Below are positions 1-9,700 of a stretch of 57,765 nt of DNA, one piece after another. The notes below the pieces were generated by a model. The model had not been told where the DNA came from. It did not search any database and was given only the letters and a program-made list of their open reading frames with translations. The position numbers were made by a program, and so were the translations under genes. Numbering within the stretch: the first letter of the stretch is position 1; each line of letters begins with the position of its first letter. The stretch comes from an uncultured virus (IMG/VR IMGVR_UViG_3300009151_000002) (lineage: Duplodnaviria; Heunggongvirae; Uroviricota; Caudoviricetes): IMG/VR virus record IMGVR_UViG_3300009151_000002; one strand, given 5' to 3'.

Positions 1-2328
1 ATTAAATTTTCTTTTTGTTTCTACATCTTGTGCTATTAAATCATCTTCTCCTTGTGTATCTTTTGTATTAAGAACAGTTTCTTTAAATTTATTTGGATCT
101 AATATATCGGGTAATGCAGAATCATCATCATTTTCATCAGCTGGTGCTAACATAGGTGCGCGCCAATCTTCTTTTTTTGCAGATGAAACTAATGGAGGCA
201 TAGCTAACGGACCAGTTCCAGGTTTCATAACTGTTGCATCAGATGCAGGATTTAACATATTTGTAGGAGATTTAACACCTATTTGAGCTTTTGGTAAACC
301 ACCATATCTTTTTTCATACTCAGCTTCTGTACCTTCTTCTTGCATTTGTTTTCTTGCTTCCTCTTCTTCTTTTCTTTTTTTAATAGTTTCAGGATCTTCA
401 AAAAACTTTTTAAGATCAGGTTTAAAATCTCTTGCTTTAGCAAATTGATTATAAGCTCTATCTCTAGTTTTAGCATAATTTACAGCAAGATCTCCATCAG
501 TATAATCACCTAATCCAATACGTCTATCAGTATTACCTTCAGGATAATTTAGATAAAAAAGTGAAGCTTGTTTTTTTCTTTGAGCTTCTGCTTCATTAGC
601 AGCCTCATTCTCTGCAGTATATTTTTCTAAAATAGCATCTCTTTCAAGATTTGATTGAGCCATAGCTTCCTCTTCTTCTGCAGTTAATCCATCAGGTAAA
701 GGTTGTTCTTTATATCCATTATTATAAAAATCAGCATTATCCATATTCATTCTTTTTTCATATGATAATTCTGGTTTTAATTCTTTTGAAATTCCAACTA
801 GCTTAGGTGTTTCTAATCTATTACCATTTGCATCATTGATTTGTTGCATGTAACCATCATTTTGTTGCATAAGATTAGGATTAGACATAAATTCTTTATC
901 TTCATTCTCTAACTTAGCCCATTTTCTTTCTTGTCTTTTTTCTCTTCTAGACAATTTTTCATATTGGTCATCAGGTATGTTATACTCACGTTTTTTTGAA
1001 TCAGCTTTTACATCTTTTTTAGATACACTTTCTCCTGGAACATTAATGTTACCACTTTTAGAATAGTAATCCGTATATTTTTTAGGTCTTCCTAATATAC
1101 CTCTTTTATGTACAGTTCTTGCTACAGGAGTTAAACCTGTCAAAGGATCTTTATACAAAGCACCAGTCTTAGCATTATATGGATTATTAGCTGTAGTATA
1201 TTTTTCTCCTAACAAGAAGTCACCAAGTTTTTGCATTCCTCCTTTTTGTGCTTGAGGCATATCAAAACCACCTTGACTAAACATGTCAGGCTGATCTTCT
1301 CCTATATAACCACCTTGTTGAGCAACTGGTTCAAAACTTCCCATTTGACTTGACTTCTGTCTGTTCTGAGCAAGTTCTTGTGCAGATTGCATTAACTCAG
1401 GATCATTAGACTTCATCATCTTATCATAGATAGAATCTATAGCAGCTTTACTAGATACTTCTTTTAGTTTATCAGTAAATGAAGATTTAATTTTAGAAAC
1501 ATCATTTGTTAAAGTATCTTTTTTATTACCTCTACCTATTTCAGTAGACTCTTCTGCATCACCACCTTCTTGTTTTTTGATAAGAGATAATACATTTTTT
1601 GTAAAGTTCTTTTTAGAACCTCCTTTTTTATAGTAACCATAGCCATCTCCTAATGTATCCCATTCAATAGGTGTATAATTACCTTCATACTCACTGATGT
1701 CTTTTCCAAAATTCTTAAAGTCATCATCTTCAGTTTTACCTACAAAGTCTTCAAGTGAAGCTAATCTGTCATTTAAATCATCACCAGTATCTTCTTCTTC
1801 ACCTTCATTAGCTGATAATTGTTCATATGATAAAATTGGTCCACCATCTTGAAATTCTTCTTCACTGTTAGCAATAACATTTGAGTCTTCTTCATCAGCA
1901 TATGAATTATCATAATTCATACCATCACTTGCAGCATCTTCTTCTTCAGTCTCTTGATTCTCTTGACCTACAGGTTGAAACTCAGACTGACCAATTTTAG
2001 ATTCTTCAGCAGATCCTTCTTTAGTTTCTGGTTGCTCTTCTTCTTCTGGAGCTTCCATTTCTTGCATAACTTGAGTTAAAATAGGATATGCTATTTCTTT
2101 AGGAACACCTTTAGAAACTAATAATCTATATATTTCTTCTGGCTCCATTTGATTATCTAAAGCCCCAGTTACATATTGTTTTAATGCTTCTATTTGTTTT
2201 TCCTGCATGACTTCCTCACTTCTTGTTTCAACACCCATTTGTGCTTTCTTCAAAAACTGACCTGTCTTATTTATATATTCACCTTGTCCGTTGGGAGCTT
2301 TGTAAATTCTAACTGTTCTTCTTTCCAT
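1..2328 (-). CDS. Large acidic putative virion cargo/ejection protein, 3'-truncated by window edge (>776 aa); not in supplied ORF track
   Basis: Manual translation from ATG at 2328 (MERRTVRIYKAPNGQGEYINKTGQFLKKAQMG...) stays open to position 1 (...QDVETKRKFN). It carries many xQxGG/xKxGG motifs and lies downstream of the muzzle gene, where crAss-like phages encode cargo proteins. Confidence 0.8.
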   Translation of the reverse strand, partial: MERRTVRIYKAPNGQGEYINKTGQFLKKAQMGVETRSEEVMQEKQIEALKQYVTGALDNQMEPEEIYRLLVSKGVPKEIAYPILTQVMQEMEAPEEEEQPETKEGSAEESKIGQSEFQPVGQENQETEEEDAASDGMNYDNSYADEEDSNVIANSEEEFQDGGPILSYEQLSANEGEEEDTGDDLNDRLASLEDFVGKTEDDDFKNFGKDISEYEGNYTPIEWDTLGDGYGYYKKGGSKKNFTKNVLSLIKKQEGGDAEESTEIGRGNKKDTLTNDVSKIKSSFTDKLKEVSSKAAIDSIYDKMMKSNDPELMQSAQELAQNRQKSSQMGSFEPVAQQGGYIGEDQPDMFSQGGFDMPQAQKGGMQKLGDFLLGEKYTTANNPYNAKTGALYKDPLTGLTPVARTVHKRGILGRPKKYTDYYSKSGNINVPGESVSKKDVKADSKKREYNIPDDQYEKLSRREKRQERKWAKLENEDKEFMSNPNLMQQNDGYMQQINDANGNRLETPKLVGISKELKPELSYEKRMNMDNADFYNNGYKEQPLPDGLTAEEEEAMAQSNLERDAILEKYTAENEAANEAEAQRKKQASLFYLNYPEGNTDRRIGLGDYTDGDLAVNYAKTRDRAYNQFAKARDFKPDLKKFFEDPETIKKRKEEEEARKQMQEEGTEAEYEKRYGGLPKAQIGVKSPTNMLNPASDATVMKPGTGPLAMPPLVSSAKKEDWRAPMLAPADENDDDSALPDILDPNKFKETVLNTKDTQGEDDLIAQDVETKRKFN

Positions 2329-2345
2329 TTGTAAAGATTATAATT

Positions 2346-2353
2346 TAATATAC
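2346..2353 (-). promoter_or_regulatory. Putative late promoter box (GTATATTA)
   Basis: T-tract followed by GTATATTA, 18 nt upstream of ATG 2328; the same motif recurs in many intergenic gaps. Confidence 0.5.
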
Positions 2354-2386
2354 TAAAAATAAATTTATTGTTTAAACTTTAAAAAT

Positions 2387-5300
2387 TTAGTCTACATCTT
2401 CAACAATGTAACCTTGTTTAATATAGTCTTGAATTTCTGCATGAGTTAAATCAGCAACAATACCACCTTTCTTCATTTGTTTAGATTTTTGAGGTTTAGG
2501 CATATAATTTACTGCAGCTCCAGCAGGTATTATTGCAGGTAACATTTTAATAAGTTTTCTTTTTTGATCATTTGATATACCATCCTTAAAAAATCTATTT
2601 AATGAACCTTCTTTAATAATCTCATCTGCTAAAGTATTATCAGGATTTCTTAAATATCTTAAAGCATCCATTTTATTCATTCCTTTTTTAATAAACTCTC
2701 TATAGATTTTATCTTTAGCAGCCATTGCTTCTGAATGAACTTCTAATGGACTTGCTTCCCATAAGTACTGTTTTTCTTTTGGAAAAACTTGAGCATTTCT
2801 AAATTCTTTACCAAATTTAGTATTTTCATTTGCAATATCATATGGATATTTAGGATCATACATAGACAAACTATTCCGAATTGTGTTACTTCCATAACCC
2901 AATTGTTGCATACTGTGTCCTGCTTCATGAACTGTCACATTTCTTATAGCTTCAGGGCTTTCATAGTAAACTCCTTTATTTCTTAAAGTAATACTTTTAG
3001 GATGCCAATTAACACCTCTTATTTTATGTTTATTTCTTCTTATATAATCTACAGTTTTAGCATCCAAAGTACCATTATTAAGTGCTTTTACTAATTCTTT
3101 TTCATCAGCATTTGCTAAATGATGTTGAGCATTACCATAAGGACCTATTAAATTATGAGTAATATCAAATTTTCTTTTAAAAGCATCTAATGTAGGATCT
3201 TCTAAATCCGTTATTTTATCTATTTTTGATCTAACATCAGGATGTATTTCACCATAATGTGGTACACCATCATGAATACGATAAAGATAATCATTCATAA
3301 ATTCAAGTCCTCCTTTATGAGCTTGATCTTGCAAATATTCTATTTTAGCTTTTTGCTTTTTTGTTATAGGAAATGTTTCAGAAAACTTTCTTCCTTTTAT
3401 AATATCATTCATTCCATAGTTTAAACCATTTAAAAAACTAACTACTCTTGGAAGTCCTGGTATTTTATTTTTATTAGCAGAAGCTTGAGGTTGTTGTCCA
3501 GATATTTTTTTATGTCCTTTTAACCAATTAGCAGAACCTTCATAAACATCTATATCAGATGCTGGAATTTCTGTAAGAGTTTTTCCAGTTTGAGGATCAA
3601 TAACTCTATGAGCATAATGTCTACCCTTTATTTTTTCTCCAGTAACAGGATTAAGTTGACCTCTTTTAAAAGTTGGCAAACTTGTTTCAAAAACTACTCC
3701 TCCATTTTCAGGTAAATAGCTTAGGTCAGCATAATTTTTTTGAAATGAAGGAAATGCTGTAGGTCTTTTTTCCATCCTATCTAAAATAGTTGCCTTTTCA
3801 GGTAAGTTAGTTTTTGAACGCAATAAACCTGATTCAGTAAAATCAGCATGTGCATCATGACCAGCAACTCTATATGATTTACCTTTTGTTTTAAGTTTAG
3901 AATAATTCTTAAATGTACCTTCAGGTAATACTTTGTATGTATTTTTTAAAGGTGTTTGTGTTGTAGCATATTTACCTAATTGTTTTACACCTTTGCCTAC
4001 ATTAAGTCCTGAAAAGTTGAGTGCATTCCAGGTATTTTCACCTACAGCATCTACAACATTATCAAGTGTAGGATCATCATAAGCATTTTTAGTTGCTCTT
4101 CTTACATCACTATTTTGATCTATATAGTTATTTATACCACTTGTAGTAAAATATGAATTAACTAAATTCTTTAAATTAGATCCAGGTAAACTTTTAATTA
4201 AACTTTGATTAAAACCTTGCTTTGTTGCTTGTACTAATGATGACTTAGCAGCATTACGTCCAAGAGAAGTTAAACCTTTTGCTAAACCTATTGTACCCCT
4301 AACTCCTGCGCTACTCATACCAATAGGTAATGTCCAAAAGTCATCTACTGATTGCATTGGTCCATCATTCATTTCAATCTGTCTAGGATCAGGTTTATAA
4401 TTTTCCGGAACTACAGAATTATTTTTTGGATAAGTTGTTGAAGCATCTTGTTTATAAAATACTTTACCATCTTTTGTTTTTACTTTATAATGTGTTATAC
4501 CTTTTGAATCCTGTACTTTAGTTGTGATAGTACCATTCTTATCAGTATGTACATTTGTACTTCCTACAGTACCATCATCACCAATATGAGTAGCATATTT
4601 ATCTTTAGCACCACCTTTCTGAGCTTGATTAAGTTCTGGTACAGATATGTCTTCTACTATGTAACCACCTTTTCTGTATTCTTCAATCTCATCTGGAGTA
4701 AGCTCCATTTCAATTCCATACTGAGCTGTTTGCAAATCATCATTAGTATTTTGTTTATTGTTATTTTGAGCAATATTATTCATTAACCATATGATATCTT
4801 TATCATCATATAATCTAAACATTCTGTTATGAAACTTATCATAATTTTCTTCAGAAGAATTTCTTAATTTTTTATATTCTTTAAGATGATCTTTAGTAAA
4901 TTCTTTAGTTTTTGTAGAATCAAATAAACCTGCCTCTTGAAGTTGTTGTCTTAACTGTAACAAATCTGCTCTATTTTCTTGAGGAGCTTTATCATGTTCT
5001 GCGTGCCCTTCGTCCTTATTTACATTGTCTATTTTAAGTCTATTAATAAAGGCATCTTGCTCTCCTTGTTTGAGAGGGCTTTGTCCTGATTCTACTCCGA
5101 CATGCCCCCACTCATGTCCTGCAATTGAGTCATAGTTTGCCCAATCTCCTTGATCCATAACATTATAAGTTATAAATTCTTTACCAGTTTCAGGATCACC
5201 ACCAACCCAGCTAGGTCCATTATCTGTGTAATTAAAATCTGAAATCCCTGTAACTGAAGCAATTCTATTTTTTATTTCTTCAGGTGTGTAACCTTGTTTT

Positions 5301-6763
5301 TCTAGTAATCTTTTATAATTTTCAGATTCAGCATAAGTTTTATTAAAGTCTTGAGCTTTTTTATTTGATTGTTCAACTTTATATCTTTGCTTCATATAAG
5401 CATCTGTAAATTCAGGAATAGTTTGTTCTTCTTCATATTCATCCATATATTGTCTAGGACCAGATGTATTTTGCGGACCACCTTCTTGTTTTTTACTGTA
5501 AGGATCCACCCATTTATTATGAAAAGGATGTTCTTCTCCATAACCATCAGGTAACTCATAGTTTAAAGATCTATCTTTTAAGTTTTGTGTTTTATCTTTA
5601 TTAGATTTATCAGATAAACCTTGATTAACACCTACACCATTATTATAAATATCTTCACCAGCTTCTCTTAGCTTTACTCCCCAAGGTCTTTTATCTTGAA
5701 ATATTGTACTTAGTTCATGACCAACTCCTAATGCATTAGCTGTTAACCATGATGTTGCTTTATTTACAGCATCTGGAAAAGGAATATAACCTTCTCTGGC
5801 ATTTTTTAATAAACCTTCTGCAGCATATCTTCCAGCTGTTGCATGTCTTAAATTATCTTGAGGATCTTCTCCATTTGTACGAAGACCTTCTACATAATCA
5901 TAAGCTCTGTCCATTGGGTTTCCAATACTTTTACTTACTGCTGCTTCAAAACCTTTAGCACGGGTAACTGTTGGAATTTCTTTTTCATAGTATTTTCCAT
6001 CTTTACTTTTAACTTGCAAAAATGTTTTACCATCTCTCCTTACTTTATTGGTAATTGTTCCATCTTTAGATTTACTTGTAGATAATGTTTTTGCACCACC
6101 TTCTTGAAAACTTTTAGTAAAGTTTACACCTGTATAATCAGGCTGAAAATCAAAACTTAAATTTCTGTCTTTACCTAAGTCTACTGCTAAATTTACATAG
6201 GGATTAAAATTACTTTGAGGATCGGTTGTCATCATTGGAAAATAATTTCCTGCAGAAGCACTTATTTTACCTTTAGAAACTGTTGCTCCAAGATCTTTAT
6301 ACTTATCTCCTAACCACATATTTTCATCTTGGTATCCTTCTACTGAAGCTTTCTTATCACCACCATCTTGAAAGTAGTTTACATTTGGATCATACATTTT
6401 TTTTGAGTAGTCTTCAAATAAAGGACCTTTTTGCATGAGTTTATTAATACCCATTATACTCTTAGTCTTTCTTTTCTTTTTTGTACCTCCTTTTTTCATC
6501 TGTGGGTATTCATCCACATAGTCTGCTCCAGGAAAAGTATAGTCCGCTCCCGGAAGCATTATCTTTCTCTGACCATTATTGGCTACACCTAATACAGGAT
6601 AACCCACTCCTTTCATGGTAATATCATTACCAGGAATTCTAGTAGGTAAACCAGGATACTTCCACTGACCCATTGGATCAGTGATTATATCTTTAGGTTT
6701 CTTAGGAGCTTTAGCTTTGTCCAACTCAGCTGTAGCTTTAGATAGAGTCTTCTTGTTATACAT
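2387..6763 (-). CDS. Multidomain putative cargo protein with two zincin-like HExxH metallopeptidase domains
   Basis: 1458 aa. AGHEWGH and VHEAGH...E motifs, an LRH..GHE..EDIYNN domain, internal repeats and seven GG-type motifs; directly after the muzzle gene. Confidence 0.6.
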   Translation of the reverse strand: MYNKKTLSKATAELDKAKAPKKPKDIITDPMGQWKYPGLPTRIPGNDITMKGVGYPVLGVANNGQRKIMLPGADYTFPGADYVDEYPQMKKGGTKKKRKTKSIMGINKLMQKGPLFEDYSKKMYDPNVNYFQDGGDKKASVEGYQDENMWLGDKYKDLGATVSKGKISASAGNYFPMMTTDPQSNFNPYVNLAVDLGKDRNLSFDFQPDYTGVNFTKSFQEGGAKTLSTSKSKDGTITNKVRRDGKTFLQVKSKDGKYYEKEIPTVTRAKGFEAAVSKSIGNPMDRAYDYVEGLRTNGEDPQDNLRHATAGRYAAEGLLKNAREGYIPFPDAVNKATSWLTANALGVGHELSTIFQDKRPWGVKLREAGEDIYNNGVGVNQGLSDKSNKDKTQNLKDRSLNYELPDGYGEEHPFHNKWVDPYSKKQEGGPQNTSGPRQYMDEYEEEQTIPEFTDAYMKQRYKVEQSNKKAQDFNKTYAESENYKRLLEKQGYTPEEIKNRIASVTGISDFNYTDNGPSWVGGDPETGKEFITYNVMDQGDWANYDSIAGHEWGHVGVESGQSPLKQGEQDAFINRLKIDNVNKDEGHAEHDKAPQENRADLLQLRQQLQEAGLFDSTKTKEFTKDHLKEYKKLRNSSEENYDKFHNRMFRLYDDKDIIWLMNNIAQNNNKQNTNDDLQTAQYGIEMELTPDEIEEYRKGGYIVEDISVPELNQAQKGGAKDKYATHIGDDGTVGSTNVHTDKNGTITTKVQDSKGITHYKVKTKDGKVFYKQDASTTYPKNNSVVPENYKPDPRQIEMNDGPMQSVDDFWTLPIGMSSAGVRGTIGLAKGLTSLGRNAAKSSLVQATKQGFNQSLIKSLPGSNLKNLVNSYFTTSGINNYIDQNSDVRRATKNAYDDPTLDNVVDAVGENTWNALNFSGLNVGKGVKQLGKYATTQTPLKNTYKVLPEGTFKNYSKLKTKGKSYRVAGHDAHADFTESGLLRSKTNLPEKATILDRMEKRPTAFPSFQKNYADLSYLPENGGVVFETSLPTFKRGQLNPVTGEKIKGRHYAHRVIDPQTGKTLTEIPASDIDVYEGSANWLKGHKKISGQQPQASANKNKIPGLPRVVSFLNGLNYGMNDIIKGRKFSETFPITKKQKAKIEYLQDQAHKGGLEFMNDYLYRIHDGVPHYGEIHPDVRSKIDKITDLEDPTLDAFKRKFDITHNLIGPYGNAQHHLANADEKELVKALNNGTLDAKTVDYIRRNKHKIRGVNWHPKSITLRNKGVYYESPEAIRNVTVHEAGHSMQQLGYGSNTIRNSLSMYDPKYPYDIANENTKFGKEFRNAQVFPKEKQYLWEASPLEVHSEAMAAKDKIYREFIKKGMNKMDALRYLRNPDNTLADEIIKEGSLNRFFKDGISNDQKRKLIKMLPAIIPAGAAVNYMPKPQKSKQMKKGGIVADLTHAEIQDYIKQGYIVEDVD

Positions 6764-9700
6764 TATCTTAGAGAAATTTCATTTTTACTATTATCAATTT
6801 TTAAAACAATATTTGTATTACCAGATATATTTTTCTTGAAGTTAATAAAACTCATGTAATGTCTGAATTTTTTTCTTTGTAATTCTGGCTTAGCATAGTT
6901 AAGATTATTTTGATTTAATACTCTTCTAAAACCATCTGGTTCTGTAATCCATGTATTTAAATTGCTATAATTACCTAACAATGTTGTAGTTCCAGATACA
7001 TATGGTCCTTGTCCAGCAGGGTAAGCTGTACCAATTGGAAACTCACCTCTATCTTTTGTAATATCCCAGAACTGATTAAATCTATATTTGTTTTCTTCTT
7101 TTGAAAATAAAATATCAAATGAAGTTAAGGTAACTGGATTCAATCTTGGGAATTGTCTTGTAAGAGCAAGATCATTCTTAGGATATATATTAAGATTTAA
7201 GTAACCCGATACTTGTTCTGAGTTATATACAACAGCCGTATCAAAGTTATAATCTAGTACATGATAAGAATCTACACAGTTATCTGTTTTTCTATATGCT
7301 TCCATTATGTATTCAACAGATCTTGTAGTAGTAACTGATTGACCAGTTGTAATTGGAACATCAATCTCACATGCATAATCAATACCATAATAATTACAAT
7401 ACTTATCACAGATCCAGTTATGTCTCCAACCACCGGTACCTTTTGTAGATATAAATACATCTTTAGTAGGCATGAATAGATCTGGATGCCAGTCATGGAA
7501 ACTAATCCAGAACTGATTTTTAGGGTCATAACTTATAGTCCATGATGCATCTCTAAATAAGATTGGATCACCAAGTTTGAATTTAGCTGTAGTATTACCA
7601 TTAATCATAAAGTAATCACCTGTGCTATCACCTTTAAGTGGAATGTATGTTACTTTTCCTTTGTACTTATCTTTAAGTTCATAATCTTTCTTACAGAAGT
7701 ATAAAATAGTATTTGTATTATCAAACACTGCTTGACATCCAATACCTGCTACTGGATTATCTTGATAAGGATACAATGGGAAGTCTTGTGTTAATTTGTA
7801 CGGTAAGAACACAGTGAACCACCATTTCATTCCTTGCTGAGAAATCTCTTGAAGTCCTTCTCCAATTGAGAATACTTTACCTGCAGCTTGAGACATGTAG
7901 TATATACCTACTGGTGTAGATATTACAGACAATCTATTTTGTGATGCTCCATATTCATATGGTTTATCCGCATTAGATAACTGCTGTGGTGCTTGACTAA
8001 ATAAACCTCCATCACCTAAAGTAACTTTAGTTCCTAAATCAGTTTGTAAAGTATCCACACCCTGATACATTATAGGGCTATCATTTTTAAATGTGATTAC
8101 TAAACCAGATTTATTTATTGACTTAACACCACTTACATGAGACTTAAATGCTTTGTAATTATTTACTAAATAAACAAACCAGCTATCTTTTATTGCTTCA
8201 TCTTGTTGAGGTAATGAGTAAATAATTCTATTTGGATAATATGTATAACATAAGTCAGCTACATTAGGATTATAGTATCTACTTTGCACACTACCTAATG
8301 AGAAATATTGATTATATAACTTAGATACACTTAATGAATAATCATATTGATTAAAACTATTTACTCCAAGTATAAGAGGATTAGTATCAAACATTGCATT
8401 ATAATCTGTAAAGTTATACGGATTGTAATACTTTCTTGCAATCTCTTCAGGTTGTGTTCTAAAATCAACTAATACTTCTGACTCAACAAAAAAGTCTCTT
8501 ATTGAAGATACAGATATATAAAAATAAGAATCTTTACAAGTAAAGAATCCTGGATAGTTTCCTGCTTTATCATTATTGTAATTATATTTTTTAGAATCTT
8601 TAACATAATCTAAATTATAAAAATCAGTTGGTAATATACCTTCACCAGGTGGAAAATTACTAACACCTGTAATAATACTAATTATACTATTTATAACAGT
8701 AGGTAAGTTAGCTACATTAAGTACATTAAATGCTTGTGCAAAATCTTGTGCATCATAAAATCTACTATTTAATCTAAACCTTGGATTAGGAATCATACTT
8801 CTCAAGTAATAATTATATTCAAAACCGTTAGGTTGATTATATAACCAATCAAAGAAGAAACACATACTATCTTTTTCAGTATATCTATTAATGTAAGTAT
8901 CACCACCAAACATTAGAGTAGTTCTAAAAATTGTATTTTTTATTATGTTAACAGAATCACAAACTATAGTTGATGGATTAATATTATAATCAGAAAGCTT
9001 TTGCTCACATGTTCCAACCGGTAATTGTTTGATAGAATCTAATTGACCATATTGGTTTCTTACTCTACCTCTTATAGCACCATAGTGACTTTGAATAGGT
9101 AATGAAAAAGTTCTATCAATATTACCTTCAAAATCTGGTAAACTTGTTCCAATAGGAAGTAAAGAAGTAGGGTTTGTTTGTATTAATGTACCTAATGTAG
9201 TTAATGATTTATCACCAGATAATAGTTTAGGACCTATGTTTTGATTATTACCGGCTTTAGTTCTTACAATTACTTTAGGTGATCTTTTTATATTATTAAT
9301 ATTATAAGATCTCCATGTACCATTATTGTCTTGATATCTAGATACAGATTGTATATTATCTCTTAGATAAAAACCATCTTCCATTTTAAATCTTGTAGTA
9401 TCAGTATTTAAGTTTTTTTCAATGTTAGCATAAAAACCGTATGCTTTTTGTTGTAATGCATATTGTTTGTATGCTGTTAAAACATAAATAAGATCTAAAG
9501 TTACTCTCATTCCTTCTGAGAAATAATAAGCAAATCTACCTGTATTATTTACCCCTTTTAAACTTGTAGGTAAATATCTTGAATCATTCCATTCAGAATG
9601 TATTTCTTGAGCTGTATATATACCACCTAGTACATCTTTAGCACTTTTGGCAGCATCTTCATATGTATCTTCATAATTACCACCACCAGCTCCAATATTT

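Noticed and set aside
279..476. 65-aa minus-strand ORF in the track
   Set aside because: Out-of-frame shadow inside the long 1-2328 ORF.
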